From Takakia lepidozioides (Eukaryota; Plantae; Bryophyta), in NCBI GenBank assembly GCA_030704615.1, contig CM060733.1:56048001-56112000 (forward strand): a stretch of DNA of 64,000 nt, written 5' to 3'. The translations under genes and the position numbers were made by a program. This document shows, one piece after another, positions 14,751-33,169 of the stretch (positions within the stretch are counted from its first letter, which is position 1; each line of letters opens with the position of its first letter). Below the pieces are notes generated by a model. It had not been told where the DNA came from. It saw only the letters and a list, made by a program, of their open reading frames with translations, and made no database searches.

Positions 14751-17700
14751 CTATTTATACTTTTCCATGATACGCCGGGCCTCCTCCAGTGAATCTTCAG
14801 TGCTGCGGCCTTTCCCGCTAGATCCACCTCCACTACCACCACCTCCATTGGAGTCGCTGTCTTTGCTGATGAACGAATAGGCCATGTAACTGAAAGCTGC
14901 AATTGCCTGTTCACAAATAAGCTTTGTTATGATAGTTGATAACAGACACTATCCAACAGCAAACACTACCATAAATACTTCTCCTGCCCGCATGATTAAG
15001 TCTGAGGGATGACTTTTAGGGTTATTATCAGCTTCCAGCTTAACATACAGATAGCATTGTCTCACATTCTGAAACAACATCCGTAATCAGCCCAACCTAG
15101 AACCTTACTTCTGGGAAATCAGGTGAATATTACAGTTTAGAAAGTTCTGGCAATGAGTATCCATTTTGGCCATTGGAAACTGAGACCTGGAAGCCAACAT
15201 GGTGATGTGGTTGCATCCTGTGGTGCTGCTGTCATCAGAGTTTGCAAGGACACTGAAAACTTGTGGTTATTTGACCTTGGTTGAAGGCAGACGGTGGTGG
15301 AATTCTAGCAGACATACTGTCCTATTCCACGTAAATAACCTCGTAAATAATCTCGGGAGTACACACACAGAAGTGATCTTGTCCCTCCAGATAATTAAAT
15401 GAATAGATGTCTCAGGCTTACCAGGATGAAGAGAGCAGTAGAGAAGAGGGACTTGAGAAGGAAAGAACCGACCACCGCCCCCACTAATCCGACGCCTACA
15501 CGCGCCACTGGCCTTGGAACTGCTTCCTGCCATGCCATCCCCATGTCCTCATTATGTTGCTGGCATCTCGTGCCTATGCCTATGCTATATTCTTGGAACA
15601 CCTCTTGCAGTATACTGCTCAACAAACAGCATAGTCTCTACGCTACTGTAGATCACCATACAGTGGCCATGATTGCTGCCCCTATCCAATCTCCTCCATC
15701 AAACAGCAGGTTTAGCATTCCCTCGAGAGCAAACACATCCTGCTGACTCTTCACAAGCTTGTTCTGTCGAGCCTATGAATATCGAGCACCGTTCCAACCT
15801 ACTCTGAGGAGTCTGAATTGAACTTCTAAGCTATGGACTCATGTCTTCATTCTCACAAAAACACTTGTCTACTTAGAGGCCATTGGTGAGAAGACATACA
15901 GGCACAAGCTGGGTGCCTGCATCCAGACCCTCCTTGCCAACCCTCAACACAACGCCCAAAGCTGCAGCCAGTCAAACCCCAGGCAGGTGAGCACCCTATT
16001 CCTTCTTGCAACACAAAAGGACGGCGAAGGAGATACAGTCAGCATAGATTGCTTGAAAGTCAACCTGAAATTACAACCACACTCCTGCACGGGTGATGAG
16101 AATCGGGTTGAGTATTGATACAAGAACCAGCATTGCTGCTGTTGCTCTGTCCCTTACATAGATGTGAGAGCAAGAGGAACATAAATTAGAGGAACAATTA
16201 CACAAAGATAATAAATCATAGGTCCAACAGACTAAGATGGGGAAAAAAAAAACATTTCCAAAAGGTTTGAAAGGGTACGCACACACAAACTAAACTCTGT
16301 ACAAGGAGTTCATTCCACTCAGCAGTACATCAAGCTCGATCCCCAACATCTTAAGACCAAGCCTCATCATCAAGTAGTAGTTCACAATCAGTCCCCCTGT
16401 GCTGCCTTCTTATCTAGCATCTAAATATCCAAGAGCTTCTTCCTAGCTGACATACAGGAAGCAGGCATACAGGAAGGGGCTTTAGCTGGCGGACCTCACC
16501 CAATCTTTGAGAGTGTGCTGGTTCAATCATGGGTAGCCACGACCTTCATTGGAGGTGGACTGAGTGTGAACAGATAAGTTGATCAGGAGGATTGGCTTTG
16601 CGATTGTCGATAAAGCTCAAGTGATGATTGGAGGGTCCAGGTCTAACACTGCTGGAAAGATCTACAAACTAAAAATTTGCTTATACATGTCCCACTGATG
16701 CTTTAGGGAGTGAATTGTTCTATCACTCCGGGGGTCCTTAGGACCCATCACATAGAATGGAACCTAGAGCTACACATTCCAATTTGCAGAGAAATAGCTA
16801 TGATGTGAATGGCACCACAAAATGTAAAATGAAGGTGCCTGACCTGATGGAACTAATTTCACAGTCCAAGCAATGGAAAAAGACCAGTTATTCCAAATAA
16901 GGTTTCCAAAGGGAAAGCATCAACATTGCTGAGGCACTGAGTACTTTGAATAACCCTGGTACTCAATCAGAGTGCACGGGCTGACAACCCACTGCACAGA
17001 GGTATTTATCTGTATACATATATATATATATGAAGAATTTGAGCATCTTGTAGCCATCACGTAGTTTGAAACCGCCATCCATGTATTCGGAGTGAAATAA
17101 AGCCTCTGTGGTGGAACTAATTGTCCACAAGCACATCCAACTTATTTGTTCTATTCAAGAACCCTACATATTTTCAAAATCTTCAAGCCCATGTCACAGT
17201 AAATCCTTAATATCCATCTACACAGCAAAAGAGGCTTAGACACCTTTCACTTATCAGCAAATTGCAAAGTTATTGACATCCACATAAACCCCAGGAATTT
17301 GACTAACTCAACTCCATATACGTAATCCATGCTATGTGTGCTAATGTGTGGGACATGCTCTGTCACCATGGTGGCAAGATCATTGAAGACACAGGAAGAG
17401 GCGAACTGTTGCATCACTGTGGTTCCACAGCACAATAGAAGGGAATTCCTCAATATATGAAAGATTAGGGATGCACTTATCAACAACAATTCCCACAATC
17501 ACTACCGCACATATGAAATTATCATGCCTTGAGAGAAGAGAAGAGAAGAGAGAGAGAGCTGCCAGAAGGGTGTGGGGATCAGTGGTGGCAGCTTGGCGAC
17601 CTTCCAGAATAATTTCAGCGGCACTCTCAGTACGAGGAACTGAGGAAAGGGATGATTTCAACGGTAAGTAGAAGATTTCACGCACCAAGAATTGCCCCAT

Positions 17701-18244
17701 CAAGACAACCACGTGAAACGAGGCTAACATTGGTGTAATGTGTTCTAATTTCCGACAACAATGCAACTGAAGGACGACAGTATTGACAGAGATATAAAAC
17801 GAAAGGTGCGTAAGACGATGCCAGATAACGAATACGTGTGCGTGTGTTTGGACATTCCGGAGAAACGAGGACAAAGTGACGTAAGAAACCTCTGAAAATG
17901 TCCGGTTTTTGTTCTGCCACGATCCGGCCTCCCCTGCGTGTATGTGCCTGACCACCCACGCACCGTCCACCGCCTCGCCCCCCAAGAAATTCGTCTCCCG
18001 AAAGACTCCGCAATTGCGAACAGCACCCAGACCTCGTGCCTACACAGAGAGATGGTCCATTCAAGCCTATAAAACGCGACCTAAAATTCGATGGAGACAG
18101 AGAGCTGTAGGCAACTAAGCGAGTCGGACGGAAGCTTGCAGACGACCCAGGTTGGATCCTACTCCGACAAGACGGACCACTCTCTGCAAGCCTCAAACAG
18201 GAGGAATTCAACACGCAGAGAGACGATGCCATAGAGACCGCCAT
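14751..18244 (-). CDS. Small predicted plastid-targeted single-pass membrane protein; exons 18244-17890, 17639-~17560 (3' boundary uncertain), 14906-14751
   Basis: Ser/Arg-rich transit-peptide-like exon 1 ends at a GT donor. The last exon follows a CAG acceptor and reads AIAAFSYMAYSFISKDSDSNGGGGSGGGSSGKGRSTEDSLEEARRIMEKYK*. Confidence 0.65.
15540..16730 (+). mobile_element. Decayed LINE (ORF1/endonuclease remnants) inside an intron
   Basis: Broken peptides ..LWTHVF..LEAIGEK, SGGLAL and IHVPTDA..ELFY resemble L1 ORF1 and APE motifs. Confidence 0.35.
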
Positions 18245-20469
18245 AGCTGCGCTCTCTGCAACCCACAGGCCCAGACCAGACTTCCACAGTCACCCGGAGT
18301 TTCCTTAGGGGACAGTTGGCAAGCTGGTATTCGTTGGATGAGATCTCCCTGAGATTGTAGCACGTTACAATACAGTACAAATACGGTGCCGAAGATTTTA
18401 TTCGTTCCCCCGTGTATAAATACACTAACTTAGTCTAGTCTATCACATCACCATGCATAGTACTGAAGCACCCACTATGTAATTTCTTTGTATAGCTGCT
18501 CACATTCACATTCATTTGATTTCATGGAAGAGAAGACCGCAAATTCAGTAAAGGAGAAGATGAAGCTGGAGAGTTACAAAGCTTGTTTCAATTTATTATA
18601 AGAGAAGAAGGGAACCCCGATATCACAATGCCAACAACAGACCTCCAATAACAAGGGGCATCCACACAGGGCCCGGCCGAGTCCACAATGCAGATGCTAA
18701 CATATAGACTAAGGTGAAACTGGCCAAGAAGGCAAGCTCCATCCAAGGCAGCAAAGCCAAAGCGGCTAAACAGAACGAGACGAAGAAGGTCCCCTGGGCA
18801 AGGGCACCCACCCCCCAAAGAACAAAGAGAAAATCAGAAGTCCAGCGCAAGAAATCCAGCCTTCGGGCCTTCCCTTGGCAATCCTATTATGGTCTACTTG
18901 TTTCATAAAGAGTATAGAGGAAGCTGTTCGCGCTTCCAACATGTACATAGAGCTGTTTTCCACCAGCCAAATGCAACTTCCGTATTGGGACCGTAGATAT
19001 TGTGGACAACTGTAATATCAATAGGTCTTGCTGACTCCCACAAACAAGCGAATTGAAACTTGACGATCCCATGTTTCGTTGTGAATGTAATCGAAACTTG
19101 TGGATTCACGGGAAAGTCAGACTCGCCAGAGTCGGTGGAGAAATTATACATGGGATAGGTGGGATTTTGACCTCATCCAGGAAACGTTCTTCCACGCACC
19201 TGCTAGTGTTTCTCAAATGCGGTCAGCATGAGGTGAAGTTGCCTCAGATGGTATCGACCTAGCACTGCAATTAAGTAACTTCTACTTTCTCGTACCTAGT
19301 TTGAATTCAAATGTGTAATTCGCTAGCCATTGGAAAATCTTGAGGGGACCTAATTAATCTGAATGAGCACAATGGTAAGTATGCAGAAGATGAACATGGA
19401 CCACCGCATCACTCATATACCTTACCGGTCAACAGTATAAACGAAGCCTTTAATCATCTGCTGCCTACAGGAAACGTGCCTCCCTCTTGCTCCCTATTAA
19501 CAACGATGAACAAAGAAGAGAAACCGGAGGATAGAACTGAAATTAAAGAAGGGGATGGTTCAATTAGAGTTACTCTTAAATATGGACACAGTCGTTCATC
19601 TCTCTCAGGTTTGCGACGTGTGCAGCTTGCATACAAATAATTCCTTCTGCACGTCCTCAAGTCTTGCGATGGTGCCCATCGCAGCTCGATGATTTACAAT
19701 TCTCAAGCTTGAGAGCACCATGACAGTATCATCTGCAGATTCACAAGTGCTAGCGACATGGATCGATGCAGTACAGACGCCTCAGATCTCTGCGATGCCT
19801 CCCCTAATCTCCAGCTCTCAGGTTGGATGACACTCATCCACATATGCTACCAAGTTTGTAAGAGAATTATATTGTGTTTGAAAATACAAATAAAATTCAG
19901 AAAACGAATTTTTGGCCAGCCGCCAGGGCGGCACGTGCCCGCTGTTGCCCTTTCTCCTTTATATATATATATATACACACACTAGGGTAGCTGGGCTACA
20001 ACTTGGTTGTCACACATTAAGTATATGTCTTGAGATTGAGCCTCAAGCCAAGGCCTACAGCTCTACCTATGTTTCCGGAATATTTCACGAAGTCCCAAGC
20101 TCGGCAGGCCCTAACATGATGGTTGTTTTGAAATTCCATAGAGTGCTTGCACCATTCCTTACATAGAAATCACATAGTGCCATGACCAATATCCACAACA
20201 AGCCTCTTGCTTTGGCAAAACAGTCAGAATAAGGGGCATGACTCAGCACAATCGGACCAATAGGAGCCTGGACACGGTGTTAGGTCCTTTGACCATATTT
20301 TTCTCCATTGACTACAACATGTTGCAAAGTCTCTCTCCGCAAGAGAGCCAATAGAATATTTTTTTCAGGAACATTGGAATATTTGGGAGCTAAAGACCTG
20401 GTCCAAAACTACCAAAAAAAACAAAAAAACCAGTGGGTCTCCTATGTGGAGGCCCAATTGCAACCTCTA

Positions 20470-21150
20470 AGATAGCGTGTACCCTATGTATCCCCTATGT
20501 ATCTAGAGACCCTCATGTTTGGGAGATTCGTCGGCCCAAGTATCTAAGCCCATGTGCAATCTCTTATGTATCCAAGTGCGTCTCCTATGAGGACCCAAGT
20601 CGACCTCTACAGTAGCTTGTGCTGTTGGCCCATGTATAAATAATTGAAATCTAAGACCAAGTGCAATTTCCTATGTATCCTAGTGCGTCTCCTATGTCGA
20701 GGCCCAGCTAAGCCCAAGTGCAATCTTTTATGTATCCAAGTGCATCTCCCATGTAGAGGCCCAAGTGTCCACTGTCATTTAAGCCCAAGTGCAATCTCCT
20801 ATGTATCCAAGTGCGTCTCCAATGTATCCAATGACATCTCCCATGTGCGCCTCCTATGTCGAGGCCCATCTAAGCCCAGTATGCATCTTTTATGTATCCA
20901 AGTGCATCTCCCGTGTAGATGTCCAAGTGTCCACCGTCATTTAAGACCAAGTGCAATTTCTTATGTCTCCCACTGTGTTTCTTATACTGAGGCCCAAGTG
21001 CGACCTCTAGTGTAGCCTATGCCGTGGCCCATGTGTAAAAAATTGAAATCTAAGCCTAAGTGCAATCTTCTATTCATGTATCCAAGTGCATCTCCCATGT
21101 AGAGGCCCAAGTGTGACCTCCAGTGTCCATCCCCAATGTATCCAAAGACC
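20470..21150. repeat. Degenerate tandem repeat (TATGTATCCAAGTGC..CTCC.ATGT..AGGCCCAAG units), probably internal to a non-autonomous TE; inverted copy at ~27620-27750
   Basis: About 8-10 visible reiterations of the motif. The reverse complement (CACTTGGATACA, TGCACTTGGACTTAGA) occurs at 27.6-27.7 kb. Confidence 0.85.
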
Positions 21151-21164
21151 TACAGTTTGTCATT

Positions 21165-21780
21165 GCCCACTTTGCTATTTTTGCAATCTCCCTTGTCGAG
21201 GCTTCATATGTTGATATATCCACTTTGCTATTTTTTGCGAATTTGCAGAGACCAAAAGCATTTGAAATCCACATGAAGGGCCAATCAATGCTCTAGGAAA
21301 GCCCACTTTGTTATTTTTCTCGAATTTCCAGCAACCAAAAGTACTTGGAATTCCACATCTTCCTCACCGTTGGTCCAAAAATCATGAGACCACAGCCAGG
21401 GCTTTTCAATGGCACCAAGCACCCGCGTGGGCCTGTGGTTTGGGAGATCTCAATGTCGCTACAAAACAAAACAAAACAAACAAACCAAAAATCTAAGTAA
21501 GTTTTTTACCACAGAACCTAGGACCAGATTTGAACCAGAGACCTTTCCCTTGATATCTCTCCCCTCGAGTCTCCAACCATTGTCCCATGAATGCCCACTT
21601 TGCTATTTTTTGTGAATTTCCAGCGACCAAAAGTACTTGGAATTCCGTATCTCCCACCCTGCAGCTCCAAAAATCATGAGACCAAGCCGGTGCACCCCTC
21701 CTCGTTGAGGGCTTTCCAACGGTACCAAGCACCGGCTCTGGGGCCTCGCGGTTTGGGACATCTCAACGACGCTACAAACA
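21165..21780. repeat. Tandemly reiterated repeat (CCCACTTTGCTATTTTTTG.GAATTT.CAG..ACCAAAAGTACTTGGAATTCC...)
   Basis: Copies begin near 21166, 21220, 21301 and 21593. The last two share ~170 bp. Confidence 0.8.
21515..21590 (-). mobile_element. tRNA-derived SINE-like remnant
   Basis: Minus-strand A-box-like TGGGACAATGG and B-box GGTTCAAATC. Confidence 0.4.
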
Positions 21781-23102
21781 AACAAATCATCTTCAATCAT
21801 AGATTGATTCCTATGACAACGGTTTGAAAACATTTAACCTCTATGACCGCGGGTTGTGCTCACTGCTCACGTTGTGACCAACCCCCCAAGGCAAAGGAGC
21901 CCCCGGCCCTGGTATCCTCGCCCCTGGGCCGTACTTTCGTGCAGGGATATAGGCCCTCTAGGCCCGGCCGGTACCTGCTAGAGCCACTAAAAAACACGAC
22001 TGCCTGCATTTATGGCCTGATGGTAAGGCTTTGTCTGTCCATGTGGTCCCTCCTGAGCAAAGCACATCAGCCAAACAGACATGTGCAAGGTAGTTTGATG
22101 GGCAACCGGGGAGGGAGGGGTTGAAGGCCGCAAGAGGTTGTCGTTGCAGTGTTGTTTGGTGTACCCCCGGTGGAGTGCTCTTAGGATCCAGATTTTGATA
22201 TTGGATCAATCTAATCCGCCCAACATCGGTTTTTTCCACCTTGTAGGTCCAATTGATTTTTTCACTTATGGTTGCTTTGCATGCAATTACGTAGGGGTTG
22301 AAATCTCAAAATTGACAAGGGAAAATGTGCCTCCGAATGAAGTACTTTTTTTTCTACAAAGTTTTTAAAAGCCAACGGTGGATGTGTGTATGTAATGCTC
22401 ACACACCACAAGGTGAAGTGCTTTTTCCAAAATTGCTAATTTTCTGCCAAAAATGGCCTTTGGAGTGCAATCTGTTTTGGGCTTGTTTACCTGCCACGTC
22501 AACGGTCAACAAGCCCTTTTCGGGCCCCAAAACATAAATGAGAGATCTAAGATATTTTTTGTAGGTCTCAACTTTTGTTTTTTTTTCAATTTTGTTTTTT
22601 GCATCATACTCGAGACAAATCCCTTGTCATTAAAGCTTCAGTAGTGGGGCCCATCAGATTAGATCTGCAAAAGATTGGTCGAACTGCAAATTCAAAGTGA
22701 CCCCATTCAGGTCGTTTGGGAACTTAAGGGTTAACCTTCCTTTGGTGGGTTCTGAAAGCCGGGGCCCCTTTGAAAATAAAAATTGGACATGAAACATCTA
22801 AAAATGAATAGAATCGTTGGTAGAATGGAATAAAATATGGTCCGTTTCCAGATTTTTTATTTTTTATTTTTTTCTGGAGAACCGGGACAGAGGCTCTGAG
22901 CACTTTATTTGGAATTATTTGAAGGGAAAAAATCAAATTTTTTTGAAAAAAGGGAAAATAGGTACAAGAGGGAAAAATAACCCTGTTTCATTTATGAGCC
23001 ATGAGGCCAACAGGGGATTGAACTGAAACCCCAGACCCACAGACAGACAGGCCCATGCACAGGATCAGCATCAATAACCCACTCTGTGTCAATCCGAGGA
23101 GG

Positions 23103-27358
<4,256 letters not shown>

Positions 27359-27797
27359 GCTTCCACGCACTTCTTGCCGACGACTGGAAAAAAGCTCTTA
27401 AGATAAAGAAGGAGAAGGAGATGTCTGTGAGGTAGAGATCAGAGCAAAGAGATGGTGGGTAGTAGGAAGGATAGAGCACATGGAGAGCTGGTGAGGCTGC
27501 TGTGTGGCCTGTGAGACAGAGATAGAGAGAGATCTAGATCCCCTCCGCGCATATGTCCAAAGCGAACGACAGTTTTGACATCGAATCTTATTCTGTCAAT
27601 TATAATATATTCGCATCTAAGATCTTACACTTGGACTTAGATGACACTTGGGCCCATGGCACATGCTACCCTAGAGGTCGCATTTGGGCCTCGACATAGG
27701 AGACACACTTGGATACAAAGAGGATTGCACTTGGACTTAGATGACATTGGACAAAAACCACGATTTTTGTTTTTTTTTGGGATTTTCTGGGGTATCT

Positions 27798-28030
27798 GGT
27801 TCGCATAACGTGAGGAACCCCACGCCTATAGGGTAACATGTTTATCGTGTATAAGTGTTACTTATTTCTTAAGTGATGTTGTGAGGGCCTATGTGAGCTG
27901 ATAAAAAAAAGTTTCGCAAAGTTTTTAGTTTCTCAATTTTAGTTTCGCTGGAGAATATTCGAAAGGCATCTAAGGAATATCCTTAATATTCGCTTGTGCT
28001 CACGAGAGCACTCACACGCTACCCAACCTC
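27798..28030. repeat. Dispersed repeat, second copy at ~32341-32560
   Basis: GGTTCGCATAACGTGAG.AACCCCAC.CCTATAGGGTAACATGTTTATC...GCTCACACGC.ACCCAAC is present at both loci. Confidence 0.85.
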
Positions 28031-28360
28031 CTTTGCCACCCAACCTCCTTTGCCGTTGCCGGGCATTTAGGGACCCCCGGTGGAAATGCTCTAAACATAT
28101 GAAGGGTTAATATCCGAAATACATCAGCATATGTGCGCCAATCATCGGATCTCAACAGGATACAATAAGGCTTAAGAAAAAAGTGAAATTAATATAGATT
28201 TAAAAATAGAAATATAATCGAAAAATATTATATACAGGGCTTCCTATATAAATATAAAATTCACATTGATTTCACCATTGGTCTGAGTTGACTTATTATT
28301 TTATTATTAAAGTTTAAATTACTTAAACTGGTCAAACAAAAAAATTAAATTAATAACATT

Positions 28361-28833
28361 ATCACCCTAGACAACCGTTTAGGCATTTTTGCGCCTACTA
28401 ATAAGATCAATCAATCAGAAAATTAGGCATGTTTTGAAGACAATTTCTCAAATTAGGCATCTTCATCCTATAAGTCTTTAGAATTAGGCACATGAGAAGA
28501 GAAAACATTTATTTTGTGGTCATTGGGTACACTGGTTTTCAAATTGGTATGTTGGTGCATGGTGAAACCTCTTACATAATGGTACTCTTGAGTTGTGGTA
28601 GGCTGGTAGGCTAGTTATTTCTGCACGCGTATATTTGTATTGATTTTTGTTCAAAGAAATTTTGATCTTATTACAAACAACATGAGAAGACGCTTGCAAA
28701 TTTTTTGGTGGAATTTTTTAGGCACTTTGGATAATTTCCCAACAATTAGGCCAAAATCTGAAAAAATCCCAGAATTGTTTAGACACTTTTATTTTGAATT
28801 AATTGTCGCCTAAACGGTTGTCCAGGGACGGTA
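28361..28833. mobile_element. MITE with ~20-bp terminal inverted repeats
   Basis: CCCTAGACAACCGTTTAGGC at 28365 pairs with GCCTAAACGGTTGTCCAGGG at 28808. Flanks are TA-rich. Confidence 0.7.
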
Positions 28834-29053
28834 TATTACATGTATCTGATTTAATATCCAAATTAATCTACAACCACCGGATCTGTTTTTTGTTTTTTTT
28901 TCCAAAATATTATTTTACTTTTAAATTTTTAAGAAGAAACCTGGGAGCGACTGCTCACAATTCAGGCGGATATAAATATAATATAATATAATTAAAAATA
29001 TTATAAATTTCCGAACGTATTTAACCATTGAAGTAACTTGTTACCAACAGTCA

Positions 29054-29100
29054 ATAGCTCAGTTGGTTAGTGCTGATTCTGGGGTCAAATCTTGCTACTT
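29054..29100 (+). mobile_element. tRNA-derived SINE head remnant
   Basis: TAGCTCAGTTGGTTA A-box followed by B-box-like GGGTCAAATC, with the spacer shortened. Confidence 0.4.
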
Positions 29101-29139
29101 GATGGGTGACATGGTCAGCATTTCTTTCAAGGTATTTAC

Positions 29140-29815
29140 CAGTGTTGGGCGGGTATATTGATTTCAATATACCCTCAGGGTCCGGGTTACCCCTTTCCAA
29201 AAAAGCAATGGACCCTCCGGGTCCAGGTTTCAAATTTGTGTGCACATACAATCCAGGTCGGGTCAGGGTAAAATAAGATCTGAATAATGAGCCGGGTTAG
29301 GGTATGTCCGGGTATTCATATAATATACCCTCAGGGTCAGGGTAGATGAAGGGTCGGGGCCTATTATTCCTATTATCTTCCTTAAACAAATAATGGAACA
29401 ACACAATAATAAGGAAAAAAACTTTAAAACTGTCCAATAGAAAATGGCAGAGCTAATTCATTTTCAACACTGTAAAAAAAACAAGTTTGGGAGTTGAATC
29501 CCCCGCGGATGCTTCAGGATTGTGGTCCAATAGAAAAAGGGAGCAAGCAATTCATTTTAGCATTTAGTGTGTGGTCCAATACAAAAAGATGCAATAGGTG
29601 GGTTGCCGTGGGCTACTATGGGCCCATGTGGATAAACCCGCATGTGGGATATACCCGGAGCCTGTGAGGCAGATAGAAACTGGGTAGGGTCCGGTCCGGG
29701 TAGGATGCAGTAAAATACCCGGCCGATACGGGCCCGGGTCAGGGTATATTATATACACGGACCCTGATATACCCCATGGGTATACCCGGTTATTTAGTAT
29801 ACTCGCCCAACACTG
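29140..29815. mobile_element. hAT-type MITE
   Basis: TIRs CAGTGTTGGGCG...CGCCCAACACTG with the 8-bp TSD GTATTTAC (29132-29139, 29816-29823), and many internal ACCCGG/CCGGGT subterminal motifs. Confidence 0.9.
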
Positions 29816-31659
29816 GTATTTACATTCTAGCACAAGTGGCATCCATGAGAACCTTAGAGGAGCATGTATACAAAATACATAATCGAAATGGCTGGCGATA
29901 ATATGAGATTTTGAATGGGTGTTGGGCAAATGAACCTAAAACCTAGTAGACTTGCTGAGGCGAATAACCCAGAATTGACATTGCAAATTGGAGGCTCTCA
30001 ACATGGAGACTGGGCAGAAATTATGGCAAACACCACCAAAAAAATAAAAATTTAAACCACCATTCATAAGTACAAAACCGCACAACACTGGAAAGAAAAC
30101 CTATAGTCCGTAGCCTGACCCGACTTTATACATCCTCCTTTACATACTCTCTCATGGGTGGTGGAGCCTTCTACAAGGAGGCCCACACCGCCTCATCATC
30201 CCTCTACATAACTCTAGAAGGAGGGCCCACTACCTCACATATCCTACTTCTATGCTTTTTTTCTACAAATGGCCTCACATATCAACCATTCCAACACCCA
30301 CTGGCCTTCCCCCATTGGGCTGCTCCACTGCTCTCCGGTCCCTGATCCCCTTTTTATGACCTTCAATATTTAACCCCTGCGAGAATTTGGGACCCTTATT
30401 TATTTGTTTTGGATGTCTCCCACTTCATGTACCGACATGTTTATTGGGGGGCTTATTCAGCTTACTTTGTTGTCCCTATTAATTAATATACCTATGATTC
30501 GTGTTTATGCTTTTTTTGGGGGGCCCTTCGCCTACAGAGCCCACCAGTTATTAACTAGTAAATGGTAAATTAGTAAAAGCTCTAGTTTGTATGCCGTCTT
30601 AGGGCGGTGGGACCCTTCTAGAAGCCCCCTAGGAATCCTCACATAGTGGACCCTTCTAGAAGATTGCCTATGTCACGTGTGAGCCCTAGAAACGGCATGC
30701 CACACCTTCTTACCCAGTTTGCAGCCTGAACCCTCCCCAATTTAATAGTTGTGGACTTCATGCCTTCTTTTTTCTTACCCCTTTACATGATGTTTACTAA
30801 TTCAAGTCGTGGTGTAGCTTACTATATCACCCGCTTTTTAATTCCTGGACCACTCTCTAATCGTCACACCCCCCTTCAAACTTAGGCCCCTTATTGCAAC
30901 TCTTACTAACTTACATATGTTGCATGCAAGCACACAACTAATAAGAATAAGGCGAGGTTCACTTTTTTCTTCTTTTTTCTTTTTTTAAAGAAAAGGGGAG
31001 GAAGCCCCCGGGAACTTTATTCGCATTAGTTGATTCACACTTCACACCCGACCACACCGTCATAGTAAAATGATGACTTAATACAGGGCCTCTGTCCCCT
31101 GTTCTCTAAATAATAATAATAACTTACTATGAGCACGGATTATCAAAATGTGGTGATATAATATAATTTTAATCCACTCCCTATTATGAGCCTTATGGGG
31201 GATATTTAATAGCAAGGATCTTACGAATCAGCCAATCGCCAGGAAGGAAAAACTGCGGTTCGGAGAAAAAGCAAAATCAGGTTGGGTGATCTCCATTGGT
31301 TCCCTGTTATAATTTTTGGCCAGGTCGTCAAGCAGAAGAGACCGAGGTGATGCCAACCGGAGGTATAGCACAAATAAGAGCGAGTAAAGCCACCTAACCA
31401 GCCTCCATATCAAATTTCAGAGATTTCCGGACATCATTTGTGTACAGCTCCTTTGGACGGCCAGCCAAATTACGGGGCCATCTAGAAAGCTTAAAAGTCC
31501 TGGGCAGCCAAAAAGCTCTTAAAAATTACAAGTCTTCTAAATTTCAGCCCATCGGGATCTGGGGTTCAACCCCCCGTGGTTTCGTCTCTCTTCCAGTCTA
31601 ACAGTTATATAACATATAACCATCTATGGCAATTGTCACATGTTTTGTGACAGGTACAG

Positions 31660-32135
31660 ACTCTGGAGGAAGGATGGTGTGAAAGCAACATAGTACCACT
31701 ACCTATCGGAGGCTTCTTGCATATATTCTGTGACGGAAACAGACCTTCCAAGACCTTAGAAGAAAGGCAGTTTGAAAGCAACACATTGCTACTACTACCT
31801 GTCGGAGGCTCTTTCGAATTCGGTGACGGAAACAAGCCTTCAAGGAAAGTCGGTGTGAAAGCAACACATCCCTACTACCTGTCGGAGGCTCTTACAATTC
31901 TCCGATGGAAATAGGCCTTCAAGGAAAGACGGTGTGAAAGCAACATATTAGTACCTAATACCTATCGGAGGCTCTTGCGAATTCTGTGACGGAATCTGAA
32001 ACGAGCCTTTGAGGTAGGGCGGTGCAAAAGCAACACATTACTACTACCTGCCAAAGGCTCACCTGTCGAAGGCTCTTGAATCTTCCGTAACGGAAACAAA
32101 ACTTCCGGGAAGGTTGATGGGAAAGCAACATTATC
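31660..32135. repeat. Degenerate tandem repeat (~85-90 bp; GAAAGCAACA..ACTACCT.TCGGAGGCTCTT..GACGGAAAC)
   Basis: About 6 visible units. Confidence 0.8.
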
Positions 32136-32580
32136 ACGGGGTTGGTATCCTGTGAGCACGGCGTGAGCACAACCCACGGTCATAGGGGTTAAATGTTTTC
32201 AAACTGCGGTCGTAGGAATTACATGTTAATAGGCATGGTGCATATGAGTACCTTCATATTTATTGTCTTAGTGCGAAAATAACTTTTCTAGGGCTTAAAC
32301 TGCCAATACCCAGATTGAAAACCATGATTTTTGTATTTTCGGTTCGCATAACGTGAGAAAACCCCACACCTATAGGGTAACATGTTTATCCTATATAGGT
32401 GTTACTTGTTTCTTAAGTGATGCGGTGAGGGCCTCTGCGAGCAGTTAAAAAAAGTTTCGCAAAGTTTTTAGATTCGCTGGAGAATATTCGAAAGGCATCT
32501 AGGGAATCCTTGATATTCGCTTGTGCTCACGTGGGCATGCTCACACGCAACCCAACGTCCATTATCACCAGCCATCCAAG

Positions 32581-32776
32581 CAGGCTTCTCACATCTTCTT
32601 CCGTAACGGAAACAAAACTTCCGGGAAGGTCGATGGGAAAGCAACATTATCACCACCCGTCCGGCTTCTCACATCTTCTTCCGTAACGGAAGCAAAACTT
32701 CCGGGAAGGTCGAGGGGAAAGCAACATTATCAACACCCGTCCGAGCAGGCTTCTCACATCTTCTTCCGTAACGGAA
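32581..32776. repeat. Tandem repeat related to the 31.7-32.1 kb array
   Basis: GGCTTCTCACATCTTCTTCCGTAACGGAA occurs three times at ~80-84 bp spacing. Confidence 0.85.
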
Positions 32777-33169
32777 TGGATGAAGGAAAGTGCATAGCGA
32801 CCTCACGTGCAACGACTTGGATGCTTCTTGCACATTCCACGAGTGCAAAGGGCATTGCCGTCCATCTTTTGAACTCTTCATGCACTGTCACATTCCCACA
32901 TCAATGATTTTTTTTTTGTCTCCGTTATTATTATTATTATTATTATTATTTATTTAATTTTATGATTCATCAGAGTATATCCATCTAGGACGTTGCCCAA
33001 TCATGTAGAGACACCTGGATGCCTCCCCATTTGGCGAATGCGGATTCGGCGGAGTACAGCGGTCGGGTACTACGGACACGACAGTTCTGAAGGGGAGTAC
33101 AAGGAGGAGAACAGTTCTGCAGTAGAGCGGCGCCGAGATGGCAAGTGGCAGAGTGGGACTGGCGCTATC

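Noticed and set aside
20644-21015. Cys-rich 123-aa ORF
   Set aside because: It is the translation of a tandem DNA repeat.
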